Below are positions 49,496-59,871 of a stretch of 64,000 bases of DNA, one piece after another. The number at the start of each line of letters is the position of its first letter. The stretch's first letter is position 1. Source of the stretch: a virus; the IMG/VR virus record IMGVR_UViG_3300031857_000018, positions 96,001 through 160,000 of that record; one strand, 5' to 3'. The notes below the pieces were generated by a model that did not search any database, had not been told where the DNA came from, and was given only the letters and a program-made list of their open reading frames with translations. The translations under genes and the position numbers were made by a program.

Positions 49496-50286
49496 TTTAT
49501 ATCTGAAGATTCAATTAAAGTATATGAAAATTTATTACCATTTGCTGTTTTAGCTTTGCGACAAATTGACATAAACTCTTCAAAATCAGCAGAACGTTTA
49601 AATACCTGGCAGCCTTCCGACCAATTTTCTACATATGTTGAATCAGCGCCGGCTTTATGAATGTTGATTCCAAATACACCTTCTTGAATTGATTTTTCAT
49701 CATATACCATATCTTTGTTTGGATCGCGGAACACTTTAACTGGTTTGTTTTGTCCTAATGCTTCATACTTCCCGGCATGCAAACGCATTATGTGTGAATC
49801 GATATATTGTCCTTCTACTAAACGAGCAACACCAGCTTTGTTTCCATACTGCATTACGCCTTTTGTTCCTGGATCGGTTGTTGCTGACCAACAATGGAAT
49901 TTTTCTTCTCCGTTTACGGTGTAAGATACTGTAATGTGATCATCGAATAGATTGGTTACTTTCTGTCCAGTTGCTGAATTACGAACTCCGATTATATTTA
50001 AAACATAATCGTTGCCATCAAACCATTTATATCCTTTTGCTTTTACTGCTGACTCAATTTGGTCTTTTGTGTATTTTGAAACCGATGCTGGTTTTGCTTC
50101 TACAACGATTCCCATCTTAGCTAATGTTGCTGGGCCGACTACTCCATCTGCAGTTAATCCATTTTTAGTTTGCCACGCTTTAACTGCTTCTTCTGTTTTA
50201 GGTCCAAAATTTCCTACTGGATCTACACCTAATACTACTTGAATTTTTTTAACCGTCTCGTTGTTATCACCTTTTTTTAGTATCAT
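49492..50286 (-). CDS. peptidoglycan-binding domain protein with probable cell-wall peptidase domain
   Basis: PG_binding_1 (FGPKTEEAVKAWQ...ADGVVGPAT); GINIH...WSEGCQV. Confidence 0.85.
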   Translation of the reverse strand: MILKKGDNNETVKKIQVVLGVDPVGNFGPKTEEAVKAWQTKNGLTADGVVGPATLAKMGIVVEAKPASVSKYTKDQIESAVKAKGYKWFDGNDYVLNIIGVRNSATGQKVTNLFDDHITVSYTVNGEEKFHCWSATTDPGTKGVMQYGNKAGVARLVEGQYIDSHIMRLHAGKYEALGQNKPVKVFRDPNKDMVYDEKSIQEGVFGINIHKAGADSTYVENWSEGCQVFKRSADFEEFMSICRKAKTANGNKFSYTLIESSDIK

Positions 50287-50313
50287 AAAACTATCCTTAT
50301 TCGTAATTGTTGT

Positions 50314-50775
50314 TTAATCTTTCTTAAAATATAAATTTGCTTCTGCTTCGCGGCGACGAACTAGACCCCTTAACACGCGGCCTCCTGCCTTTGTCCATTT
50401 CATGAACTCAGCTCGGATAGTTTCGTCTGACGGATCAGCATTAACTTTTTTTAATAATGTTGATGATTTTAGGTTTGCTGGACCTAGATTGTAGGCAAAT
50501 GATACTAATGCATCGAATTGATTCTGATTGATGTCATCTCGACAATATGAATCTACATACTGCTCAAAACTTGCTAACATGCTTTTCAATAAGTCTGTGC
50601 CATGGACTTCCGTGATTGGAGTATCGGACATTGTTACTTTTTTACCACCTGGATAAAAAGTTGCGCCGTAACCAATAGTAGGAATTCCTGCAGGGCACTT
50701 ATAAGGTGCTGCGCGGAACCCTTCCATTGTTTTGATTATTTCAATTCCGGCCGTTCCTGTTTTTGTAATTTTCAT
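50314..50775 (-). CDS. lysozyme (GH24) endolysin
   Basis: EGFR..PYKCPAGIPTIGYG, QFDALVSFAYNLG, GLVRRREAE. Confidence 0.93.
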   Translation of the reverse strand: MKITKTGTAGIEIIKTMEGFRAAPYKCPAGIPTIGYGATFYPGGKKVTMSDTPITEVHGTDLLKSMLASFEQYVDSYCRDDINQNQFDALVSFAYNLGPANLKSSTLLKKVNADPSDETIRAEFMKWTKAGGRVLRGLVRRREAEANLYFKKD

Positions 50776-50793
50776 GACTGTTTAAACCTTTAT

Positions 50794-51012
50794 TTATTTT
50801 TTCATTAAAAACTTTTCAGCTACATTACCAGCAATACAGATAATTACAATAGTTTTAACTGCGTCTACTAGGTCTGTAGATGGTTTAATTGATTCATGTG
50901 AATATGAATTTAACACCATGGTAACAGAAATAAATAGGAATCCTAAAAATGCAATAACTCGTTTCATTGAGGTGTCTCCACCGGTAAACATTTCTTTGAT
51001 AAAATTTTTCAT
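50794..51012 (-). CDS. small 2-TM holin-like protein
   Basis: SMKRVI, two TM; first gene after a late motif. Confidence 0.65.
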   Translation of the reverse strand: MKNFIKEMFTGGDTSMKRVIAFLGFLFISVTMVLNSYSHESIKPSTDLVDAVKTIVIICIAGNVAEKFLMKK

Positions 51013-51070
51013 GTAGCTACTTTCTTATACTTCAAGTATAAATATCAGTAACTAGAATTTAATTGCAGTA

Positions 51071-51925
51071 TTATTCTTCAGAAACTGCTCGACCTATTTG
51101 TCTAGTCCAATCTAGGTCTGTGCGCACTATAACATTTTTAGTCATTGCGGCTACTAACATTGTTCTGTCGACACCTAGTTGGTTTGCAAGATATGCTAAC
51201 GCAGCTATGTCTTTAGGAAAACAATGCCCCCCAAAACCAAAATCGCCATCATGGCCAGGAACTGACCAATGTGAATTGCCCAATCGATCATCATAACGGG
51301 CATATTCGATTACTTTATCATAATCAATGTTTAAACCTTGGCAGATCTGATACATTTCGTTTGCAAATGAAATTTTTGTGGCTAAGAATGTATTAGTTAC
51401 ATACTTGATCATTTCAGCAATGGTACTGCTTGTTTTAATGATTGGCACTTTAGGAAATGCCTTTTCAAAATATCGTTTAACAATTGTAGTAGCAGAGTTA
51501 GGTCCTCCGAGTATGATTCGATTTTGATTTTTATAATCATCAACTGCGTTAGACTCTGTTAAGAACTCTGGATTAAACACAATATCCAATTCAGTGTATA
51601 ATTTATTTAATCGATCTGTTGTTCCTGGTGGAATAGTAGACTTAACAACTACAATATAATTTTTCTTATTGTATGCAATTACGTTGTTTTGAATTTCTGT
51701 TAGTGCAACATTTAAAATTTTTAAATCACATTCACCAGATTTCATCATCGGAGTAGGAACACATACAAATGCAATATCAGTGTTTAAAACTACATCTTCG
51801 ATGCCGTTAACATTGCGAAATTTGTTTCCATCTTTATCATATGCTTTAATATCAAATACATGTTGCATTCCTAATCGCACAGCATTTCCTACAAACCCCT
51901 GGCCAATAATTCCTAATGTATTCAT
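51071..51925 (-). CDS. UDP-glucose/GDP-mannose dehydrogenase family protein (no C-terminal domain)
   Basis: GQGFVG, VPTP, KST, NPEFL, GFGGHCFPKD. Confidence 0.9.
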   Translation of the reverse strand: MNTLGIIGQGFVGNAVRLGMQHVFDIKAYDKDGNKFRNVNGIEDVVLNTDIAFVCVPTPMMKSGECDLKILNVALTEIQNNVIAYNKKNYIVVVKSTIPPGTTDRLNKLYTELDIVFNPEFLTESNAVDDYKNQNRIILGGPNSATTIVKRYFEKAFPKVPIIKTSSTIAEMIKYVTNTFLATKISFANEMYQICQGLNIDYDKVIEYARYDDRLGNSHWSVPGHDGDFGFGGHCFPKDIAALAYLANQLGVDRTMLVAAMTKNVIVRTDLDWTRQIGRAVSEE

Positions 51926-51926
51926 A

Positions 51927-52784
51927 TTACAATCCGTTAATATATTGCTTTAATTTATCTGTCGGTGTCCAATTTAATAATTCTAACGCTACATCTCGTT
52001 CACGTAATGTTATACGATAGTTTCCTTTTTGATCTGGTAAATATGTTGTTGTGCAATTGAACTTCTCTATAAACATGGCTGCTACTTCATTCATTGAATA
52101 ATTTACTCCAGTACCCAATTCCCACGCATCCTCGATATAATGTTCAGTTTCCATGATTCGAATCAATCCATCAACAATGTGGTCTACATGTGTGAAATCT
52201 CTGCGCTGTTCGCCATCACCAATAATAGTAATTGGTTGTCCGTCTCGTACTTGTTTTCTCCAAATTCCAATCACAGCTGCATAGTCGCCATCCACAATTT
52301 CATTTGGTCCATACACATTGTAAAATCTTGCAATCTGCACTTTAAGTCCATAACACTCTTCATACATCTTACAAATTTCTTCTCCTAAGAACTTGCTTAA
52401 AGCATATGGTGAAATCCTAGGATTATGCCAACGGGATGATGATCCTGCATACACAACCTTTGCATCCGTATGTCTAGCATATTCTAAAACTTTGAAAGTT
52501 CCTGTTGTGTTTGCGTCATATGTTTCTAATGGTAGTTTAAATGATATTTGAATACGTGCAACTGCAGCAATATGGAATATAACATCAAATTTATCAACTG
52601 CTGGATTAAATATATTATCAATGTTATTAACATCATCTATAATGTATTTAACATTCTCTATTTTATTGTCCAATGTGCCGCAAGATAAATTGTCAATACA
52701 TGTTACGCCATGTCCTAATGCAACCAATTGTTTACATAAGTTTGAGCCAATAAAGCCTAGCCCACCTGTTACTAAAATTTTCAT
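51927..52784 (-). CDS. NAD-dependent epimerase/dehydratase
   Basis: TGGLGFIG, YALSK, RFYNVYGP, RDFTHV. Confidence 0.93.
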   Translation of the reverse strand: MKILVTGGLGFIGSNLCKQLVALGHGVTCIDNLSCGTLDNKIENVKYIIDDVNNIDNIFNPAVDKFDVIFHIAAVARIQISFKLPLETYDANTTGTFKVLEYARHTDAKVVYAGSSSRWHNPRISPYALSKFLGEEICKMYEECYGLKVQIARFYNVYGPNEIVDGDYAAVIGIWRKQVRDGQPITIIGDGEQRRDFTHVDHIVDGLIRIMETEHYIEDAWELGTGVNYSMNEVAAMFIEKFNCTTTYLPDQKGNYRITLRERDVALELLNWTPTDKLKQYINGL

Positions 52785-52794
52785 ATTCTAATTT

Positions 52795-53559
52795 CTATTT
52801 GTTTGTTATAAATTTTTTGTTTGTTAATGGATCGTGTCCTATGTATCCACCCCATTTGTATCGGGCATATTCATGGCCGGCTTGTTCTGCCAAGTTACGT
52901 TTCTCTCCATTTGCAGAAACTGCCGCAAAGTGATAAAAATGACAGTTCCATGTTCTTAGCATACGTAGTCCTGATAGTTGACATTTTAAAAAAAAGTCCC
53001 AATCGGCTACCATACCCATTTCATAATTTTCATCCCATCCGCCAACTCGAAGATAATCAAGCTTTGACATAAAGATAGGAAGTGTGGATCCACATTCCTC
53101 AGTTTTATCCCCAGATGCATAATGATAATCAAACAACCAAAATGCTTCAAGATCGAATGATGCAATGTCAGTTCCTAAATTTTCTATAATAAACTGAGGA
53201 AACATACTAGGAAACGGTTCTACTTGATTAGGTGTTATTACAGCACCTTCTTGCCATTCTTCTTCCAATGTAGAATCCCAAAATCTTGGAAACACGTTAT
53301 CGTCATTAACAATAAGTATTTTATCATATCGCGAATTGTATACACCTAGATTAGTTCCCCGACATTGACCTGCATTTTGTTCTAAGTTCAATATATCAAT
53401 TGAATCTTTCCAACGGTCTAAGACCTCTTTATTCAAGTCATAGTACCCGTCTACAACAACGATAATCTGATTTTTATTGCATTGTCCTTCAATTGCAGAA
53501 CGCAAACAAAGATCCAATGCGTCTGGACTTTTATATGTAGGAATTATTACTGATATCAT
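52795..53559 (-). CDS. GT2 glycosyltransferase
   Basis: ISVIIPTY, VVVDG, VNDD, VGGWDE. Confidence 0.9.
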   Translation of the reverse strand: MISVIIPTYKSPDALDLCLRSAIEGQCNKNQIIVVVDGYYDLNKEVLDRWKDSIDILNLEQNAGQCRGTNLGVYNSRYDKILIVNDDNVFPRFWDSTLEEEWQEGAVITPNQVEPFPSMFPQFIIENLGTDIASFDLEAFWLFDYHYASGDKTEECGSTLPIFMSKLDYLRVGGWDENYEMGMVADWDFFLKCQLSGLRMLRTWNCHFYHFAAVSANGEKRNLAEQAGHEYARYKWGGYIGHDPLTNKKFITNK

Positions 53560-54251
53560 AGTGTTGACCAATCTGTTAATGGTGATAACCAAGCTGTTTC
53601 ACCATGGGTAGCATAACCAGGAATCGGTGTTATTAACAATTGGTTTTGTTTTCTCAATTCTAAAAACATATGAAAATCATTAGGATGTGTACCGGCTGTG
53701 TGTGTTCTCAGAATTGTTTCTGTAAATTTCAATGTTGATACTTTGCTAGCAAATGTCATCGTAGTTGAATTAGTAATTTTCCAATGGCATGAATCCGTTA
53801 AGTAAATACGGGTATCTTCAGCACCGCCTTCACAGTATGGATTTCCGCCGCGGCTTGGATCTAAGTACTTGTCTGGATGATCGTATAGTGCAACGAATGA
53901 TGCACCTAAGTCAAATCCTTGTTTCAATACATCTGGAGAACCTTGCTTATGTAAATAATCATTTTCTACAAAATACACAATTTCATCATCTGCATAGGTT
54001 AATGCTTTATCTAACGCTAAATTGAATGTGCCGGCACCATTACCAACCGATACCTGAATGATATTTGCTGGGTCAATGTATCGTTTAATCATTGCTAACG
54101 TAGCATCACTACAATTGTCCGCAATAATTAGAATGTCATAAATATGATTAAAAAATACATTGCAGAAATTTTTTAAACATGATTCATTGTTGATGTAGTC
54201 TGGCTTTACTTTATTGTAACCAGCATCTGATATTCTATATATTATTTTCAT
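53556..54251 (-). CDS. GT-A glycosyltransferase
   Basis: ADNCSD, YFVENDYLH. Confidence 0.75.
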   Translation of the reverse strand: MKIIYRISDAGYNKVKPDYINNESCLKNFCNVFFNHIYDILIIADNCSDATLAMIKRYIDPANIIQVSVGNGAGTFNLALDKALTYADDEIVYFVENDYLHKQGSPDVLKQGFDLGASFVALYDHPDKYLDPSRGGNPYCEGGAEDTRIYLTDSCHWKITNSTTMTFASKVSTLKFTETILRTHTAGTHPNDFHMFLELRKQNQLLITPIPGYATHGETAWLSPLTDWSTL

Positions 54252-55204
54252 TTTAAAAATACGTTGTTAAACTGTTTCATTACCAACTCTGGTGAATACA
54301 TTGAATATGCATTCCAATTTTCATGTTTATTTATAATATCCGGAAAATTTGTTAAAATTCCAATTAATTCGTCATAGTTGTTATAGATTATTGATTTATC
54401 TCCTAGCATTTCAATATGTGCTAAATCATTGAATCCGGAATCACACCACGATGTTGTTATAATTGGTTTATTTTTTACAGAAAATTCAGCTACAGTTAAA
54501 CCAAATGATTCTCCTCCATTTCTTGCGTGTATACACGCATCACATGTATTAATAAATCCAATCTTTGTAGTCATATCAGATGTGCCACTTATAAAAAATA
54601 CATTTGACTCATCGCAAAATTGATTAGAATTCATAAACAAAAAATACATATTTTTGTTAGCTCGTGCAACATTTATAACAGCTTCGCGAGCAAATGGAAT
54701 ATTAAATGAATCCGGGCCGCCATAATATCCAAATACTAGTGCATCTGTTGGTATATTAAAAAATTGACGATAGTTTTCCATATGGTCGTATTTTAAAATA
54801 TCAACAATATGCGGGACAAATGGCAATGTACCGCCTGACATTTGTGTTGATAACCATTTAGATACATATGCATATACATCTCCGTGTGGATCATGTAACT
54901 GAAAAACGGAATGTACTAAATTTTTAGCATTCGGTACTAGTTTGCCATCATTCATACCAGCTTTTATATAATAAACGGCATCAATTTGATTTTGATCGAT
55001 ATAAGATATAACATCATCAAATTTGTCATATAAAAATACATTAAACTGTTTTTGAAATTTATCCAATGCAGCTAAATCTGAGTTTCGATTTGATATAATT
55101 ACTGAATCATTGTTTAATAATTCTTGATTATAATATGCATAATCAAATAAGGCAATTTCAGTTCCTCGAAGGCCTAGTTGTTCACTATGAAATGCAATTT
55201 TCAT
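54248..55204 (-). CDS. GT4-like glycosyltransferase
   Basis: RGTE, HARNGGESFGLTVAE. Confidence 0.8.
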   Translation of the reverse strand: MKIAFHSEQLGLRGTEIALFDYAYYNQELLNNDSVIISNRNSDLAALDKFQKQFNVFLYDKFDDVISYIDQNQIDAVYYIKAGMNDGKLVPNAKNLVHSVFQLHDPHGDVYAYVSKWLSTQMSGGTLPFVPHIVDILKYDHMENYRQFFNIPTDALVFGYYGGPDSFNIPFAREAVINVARANKNMYFLFMNSNQFCDESNVFFISGTSDMTTKIGFINTCDACIHARNGGESFGLTVAEFSVKNKPIITTSWCDSGFNDLAHIEMLGDKSIIYNNYDELIGILTNFPDIINKHENWNAYSMYSPELVMKQFNNVFLK

Positions 55205-55890
55205 ATATTTAAAAAGTTGTTTAATTTGTTAATGTTCATTGTAATATCACCAGGTACCCGATCAGGCTTATACGATGGTTTAACTCGATCATTGGTTTTT
55301 ATTGCTAAGTCGTATATAGTTTTAGAATCTGTACCAACATTGTAGACTCCAGTTGCTTGTTGATGAATCAGTTTAACAATTAAATTGCTAATAACATCTA
55401 CAGAATCACAATTTGTATGTATATCTACCCAAGCAGTATCATACGGAAATGGATTAGGTTTATGTGATAATCGACAAATTAAATAGTTGTTACTTCGTAA
55501 TTGAACTAATGCATCGCCAACTAATTTTGTGTAACCATACCAAGTTGGTATGTGAACTGGGACATCGGTTTCTGATGCTACTGGTACAGAGCCGGCATAG
55601 ATATAATCGGTAGAAATATGAATTAATTTTTTGTTAGTCGAATTGCATACATCAATTAAATCGTTGAGAGCTTGAAGATTAACGTCCCACGCTGTTTGCA
55701 TATCTACGCCGTATGTATCAGTATATGCAATACAGTTAACTACAGTATCGTATGAATCATTTAGTAAATGTGACCATTCTGATAACTGAGTAATATCAAT
55801 ATTGTTATGTGTTCTGGAAATATAGTCCCAATTGGTTTGCCGAATTAATTCTTGTCCCAATAAGCCTTGTCCGAGTACAACTACGTTCAA
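55201..55890 (-). CDS. RmlD-like sugar-nucleotide reductase
   Basis: GQGLLG, IAYT, HISTDY, YGYTK. Confidence 0.85.
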   Translation of the reverse strand: MNVVVLGQGLLGQELIRQTNWDYISRTHNNIDITQLSEWSHLLNDSYDTVVNCIAYTDTYGVDMQTAWDVNLQALNDLIDVCNSTNKKLIHISTDYIYAGSVPVASETDVPVHIPTWYGYTKLVGDALVQLRSNNYLICRLSHKPNPFPYDTAWVDIHTNCDSVDVISNLIVKLIHQQATGVYNVGTDSKTIYDLAIKTNDRVKPSYKPDRVPGDITMNINKLNNFLNI

Positions 55891-57176
55891 AATTTAAAAT
55901 CCTTTATAACTTGTTCTATATACATAAATACCTCATCCGTATAATGTGGTGCTGCTCCAATAAAGAACACTGAATCTAAAACTTTGTTAGCTTCTGGATA
56001 TTTAGATGAATCATCTAAAAAACTATAACCTGGATGTAGTAATATGTTCCCGGCAAAATAGTTTCTTGTTTGTATTTTATTCTTTTCTAGATGTTCTACT
56101 AGTTTATGTTTCAGCCCCGGTGTTTCGCATATGAATGGAGTTCCAAACCAACATGGTTCTGCTGATTCTAAGGTTACCGGAGTTCGTAAATTTGGTATAT
56201 GCTTTAAAAATATATCACTAATTACAGTTTTTGATCTTTTTCGTTTTGATTCAATATCATCTAGTTTTTTCAACTGTTCGATGCCGATGGCTCCTTGTAA
56301 ATCTAATGGCTTAAGATTATACCCCATTTCTGAAAATACATACTTATGATCAATTACGCCATCGTAATTATCTAACCACTTATCAAAACGATTACCGCAT
56401 GTGCCACACGCTAATAGATTTGCTGATCCTATACAATAGCAGTCGCGACCCCACCAACTAATTGACACAAATAACTTTTTTAATTCATCATCATTTGTAC
56501 AAATCATTCCGCCTTCTCCGGTGGATATATGATGTGCTGGGTAGAATGAATTTGAAAATGCAACGTAATATTCATTTAAATATTTGCCATTCCATTTAGA
56601 TCCTAAACTATCACAATTATCCCCAACAAGTTTCAAATTGTATTTTTCACATAGTTCTAGTAATCTATCAATGTTCGGTGGATTACCTAGTACTGGAGAA
56701 ACAAAGATTGCTTTTGTTTTTGGAGTAATTTTTTGTTCAAGTAAATCCAAATCAAAATTCAAGGTGTCCCATTCAATATCAACAAAAATTGGTTTTAATC
56801 GATGTTGATAAATTACTGATATTGTAGTTGCAAACCCAACAGGCGACACTATAATTTCATCATCATCAGCCCAATTAAATCTACGCTTCAATGCAGCAAT
56901 CAAAACCAAATTGGCTGAACTACCTGAGTTTACCATGTGTGAATGTTTAACATTGAACTTTTTACTAAACTCGAGTTCAAACTTATAAACTCGTTCTCCG
57001 GTAGTAATCCATTTACCATTCAAAAATGAATGAATTGCAGCTTCGGTTTCTTTTTCATCCCAATATGGTCCTGAGTAATATATTGGAGTAGTGCCCGGTA
57101 TAAAATTTTTATTATTGTAAATATATGGAGCTACGTGATTGCCAATTAATGTTTGTATGTCGCTTTTTTGTATCAT
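55887..57176 (-). CDS. rfbH: RfbH/DdhC-type NDP-4-keto-6-deoxyglucose 3-dehydratase (DegT family)
   Basis: SFYPAHHISTGEGG (His in place of PLP Lys), GRDCYC...TCG Fe-S motif, DHKY. Confidence 0.85.
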   Translation of the reverse strand: MIQKSDIQTLIGNHVAPYIYNNKNFIPGTTPIYYSGPYWDEKETEAAIHSFLNGKWITTGERVYKFELEFSKKFNVKHSHMVNSGSSANLVLIAALKRRFNWADDDEIIVSPVGFATTISVIYQHRLKPIFVDIEWDTLNFDLDLLEQKITPKTKAIFVSPVLGNPPNIDRLLELCEKYNLKLVGDNCDSLGSKWNGKYLNEYYVAFSNSFYPAHHISTGEGGMICTNDDELKKLFVSISWWGRDCYCIGSANLLACGTCGNRFDKWLDNYDGVIDHKYVFSEMGYNLKPLDLQGAIGIEQLKKLDDIESKRKRSKTVISDIFLKHIPNLRTPVTLESAEPCWFGTPFICETPGLKHKLVEHLEKNKIQTRNYFAGNILLHPGYSFLDDSSKYPEANKVLDSVFFIGAAPHYTDEVFMYIEQVIKDFKF

Positions 57177-57886
57177 TGTTGTGTATAATTTTTAAATTCA
57201 GTAACTGATGGAAATTCTGTTAACTTGCCAAAATGTTGTTCTAACAATGGATCAAATTCAAACGGCGGTGTGCCATTAAATGGTGTTGTATACTGATAGT
57301 TTCCCCATTTATGTTTAACGTATTCTGCATTATGTTGACCAACCTTTAAGCTAGGAGAATTTGGATCAGTAGATGTGGAATTTCCGTTAAACATACTAGG
57401 AACATTTAGATTTATGTTTTGTACATTATGCAATTTACAGCGATGGTCATAATCGTTATCTTCACACCCAGCCCATAGTATATTTTCATCAAATCTACCA
57501 ACCGTATTAAATATGTCTCGATGCATGCAATATAGTGCATATCCAAATCCGTTATTGTATGTGGTAGCTAATGATGTGGCAGTTGAATTATCCCACAATG
57601 CATCCAGAATTTCCAAACTGAATCTGGAATCTTCTTCACTAACAATAACTTTTTCTAGTCCCATATGGTTGAATGCGATATCACATATAAAATTCCATCC
57701 TCCTGCGCAGCCAATATTGGTTGTGGTTGTATAGACATCAAAATTATCAGTTATATACGAATTTAGTTGCTGTCGCCCGTTATCGATAAAGTAAAATTGA
57801 TATTCATCAGAATAATTGGCTAAATTGAACCATTCAGTAAAATAATCATTTGCATTATATCCTAATACAAAAACATGTTTTTTCAT
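57173..57886 (-). CDS. GT2-like glycosyltransferase
   Basis: IDNG, NIGCAGGWN, VGRFDE, EDNDY. Confidence 0.8.
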   Translation of the reverse strand: MKKHVFVLGYNANDYFTEWFNLANYSDEYQFYFIDNGRQQLNSYITDNFDVYTTTTNIGCAGGWNFICDIAFNHMGLEKVIVSEEDSRFSLEILDALWDNSTATSLATTYNNGFGYALYCMHRDIFNTVGRFDENILWAGCEDNDYDHRCKLHNVQNINLNVPSMFNGNSTSTDPNSPSLKVGQHNAEYVKHKWGNYQYTTPFNGTPPFEFDPLLEQHFGKLTEFPSVTEFKNYTQQ

Positions 57887-58767
57887 AATAAACTTTCTAT
57901 AATTTGTTCTATAACTTCACTATCTGTATAATAAGGATTCATCATCAAATGTCCAACCGTTTCAAAATATTTATCTGGTCCTAGTTGTGGAGACTCTATC
58001 TTTTTTAATACTCCGTTAGGTCCGTATAATTGATATATGAAATCTCCAGTTAAAATAGTGCGACACCCTACCCCGGCAGCTAAATTTGCTAACCCGCCTT
58101 CAGTTCCTATAAATGCATCGCAATGCTTTAAAACAGACGCTTCAAACAAAATTGACTTTGTATCAGTATCTGCTACATGTATAGTTTGTTGTTGATTTGC
58201 TGAATCAAACCCAATTGGATACAATGTAAAATGTTCCTGTAAGCCATCAATTATATATTGAATATCGCGATGACTACCACCGTAACCTAAATTAGGAACA
58301 TCGACTCCGGCTTCATACTGTTCCGGTGTAAATAAATAGGTTTTTGGTTGCCAATTGGACATTACTCCTATAACCGGCTTACCTGTTTCTTGTCGAATAT
58401 CGTTTATATATTTTTCTGCTACAACATCGTATTCTGGTGTAGTGTATATTTGATATGATTTTGAAACAACATCAAACCCTGCTTGTTGTTGATATTCTTC
58501 ACATGGCGTAATTTCATAATGTAACTCACTTAATTCAATAACACGATCATATCCAGATAATTCCAAAACCGGTCTAGGTCCAGGAATACTAGAAACAAAT
58601 ACTTGGTTGATAAATGGATTATTAGCAACAAGCTGTTGCATTTGTGGAAATCCAATTAAATAATCAACTTGTGTATATTGTGTTGATAATGTTTCTGCTA
58701 ATGATGTAGCAAACATAATGTCACCAAAGAAACCATATGTAACTACTAAACATTTAGTATTTTGCAT
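57883..58767 (-). CDS. GT9-like glycosyltransferase
   Basis: FGDIMFAT, NNPFI, FIGTEGGLANLAAGVG. Confidence 0.8.
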   Translation of the reverse strand: MQNTKCLVVTYGFFGDIMFATSLAETLSTQYTQVDYLIGFPQMQQLVANNPFINQVFVSSIPGPRPVLELSGYDRVIELSELHYEITPCEEYQQQAGFDVVSKSYQIYTTPEYDVVAEKYINDIRQETGKPVIGVMSNWQPKTYLFTPEQYEAGVDVPNLGYGGSHRDIQYIIDGLQEHFTLYPIGFDSANQQQTIHVADTDTKSILFEASVLKHCDAFIGTEGGLANLAAGVGCRTILTGDFIYQLYGPNGVLKKIESPQLGPDKYFETVGHLMMNPYYTDSEVIEQIIESLL

Positions 58768-59125
58768 AACTTTTTTCTTCTATAAATGTAGACCCATATT
58801 TCAAGTTGATTTGTTTTTTAATATCAGCTCTGAGGTCGTTTGTAATGTATACTTGTCGAGCATATTCCACAAACATGTCATCAAACTGTTTTCTGGATTC
58901 CATTTCTCGTAAAACATCTTCAATATCCCACAGTTTAACATTTATTGCAACTAACTGCTCATAATCAGACATTGCAATATTCAAATCCGCAAAAACTATT
59001 TCATGCAAATACAAGTATTCGCGATTAACATTTTCCAACTTGGCAGAATCGGTTATCTTTTGTCGTTTAATGTCTAAGATTGAAAGCTTATCAACAATCT
59101 CCCCTACTGATACTTCTATATTCAT
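58754..59125 (-). CDS. DUF6165-like protein
   Basis: SVGEIVDKLSILDIK...LWDIED...ARQVYITND.R...EEKSY. Confidence 0.8.
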   Translation of the reverse strand: MNIEVSVGEIVDKLSILDIKRQKITDSAKLENVNREYLYLHEIVFADLNIAMSDYEQLVAINVKLWDIEDVLREMESRKQFDDMFVEYARQVYITNDLRADIKKQINLKYGSTFIEEKSYAKY

Positions 59126-59871
59126 TGTTCAACACGATAATTAGTACTTTTAATCCAACGCACATTGGGCAGGCCTGCGACGAATTCTTCAATATCTGCT
59201 TTCACATTACGATACCCTAAATGTCGATATTCATATGCCCGAGCAAATAATTGTCGACCTTCAACAAAGTCTTTTTGATGTTCCACGGTCTTTTTTGACA
59301 TATCTCCGTTGTCAGCATGATATAGGCATAAGAATGTACCTGTTTCATTTCTTACAGGTGTGTATCCAGCCCATTTAAAACGTTCTCTGAGATCTTCATC
59401 TTCATTTCCCCATCCTTTGTATAATGGATTCAATCCGTTAATTGCATCCCATTGTTCTTTGCGGATTACAACTACGCCACCATAAAAGTTTTCATCGATA
59501 CCATCTTCCCATTTACGATACCCACCTGGAATATCATAATAGTCTCGTTTGGTTAGATCTGGATTCACAAAAATTCCTTTGCGAGCTGGCAATACTGGTT
59601 GGTCTGCAATTGCATAACTAACATCGTCAGTTGGACAATAATCAACTTGATGCAACACAATGATGTTACCGGTTGCAACTTGTGCTGCTACATTCTGTGT
59701 GTTTGCTAAATTGAAATTGTCTGTATCGTTTTGTTCAGACACAATAATTTCAAAATCCATTCCTTCAAAATGTTTAAATAGTGCCGGAATCAATGTTTCT
59801 AAATGTTCTTTACGGTCACGATAAGGAATAATAATTGAATACTTATCGTTTGAAATTTGCGATTCTGTCAT
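59122..59871 (-). CDS. GT7-like galactosyltransferase
   Basis: IIPYRDRKEHL, FN, YGGV, GWGNEDED. Confidence 0.85.
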   Translation of the reverse strand: MTESQISNDKYSIIIPYRDRKEHLETLIPALFKHFEGMDFEIIVSEQNDTDNFNLANTQNVAAQVATGNIIVLHQVDYCPTDDVSYAIADQPVLPARKGIFVNPDLTKRDYYDIPGGYRKWEDGIDENFYGGVVVIRKEQWDAINGLNPLYKGWGNEDEDLRERFKWAGYTPVRNETGTFLCLYHADNGDMSKKTVEHQKDFVEGRQLFARAYEYRHLGYRNVKADIEEFVAGLPNVRWIKSTNYRVEQ

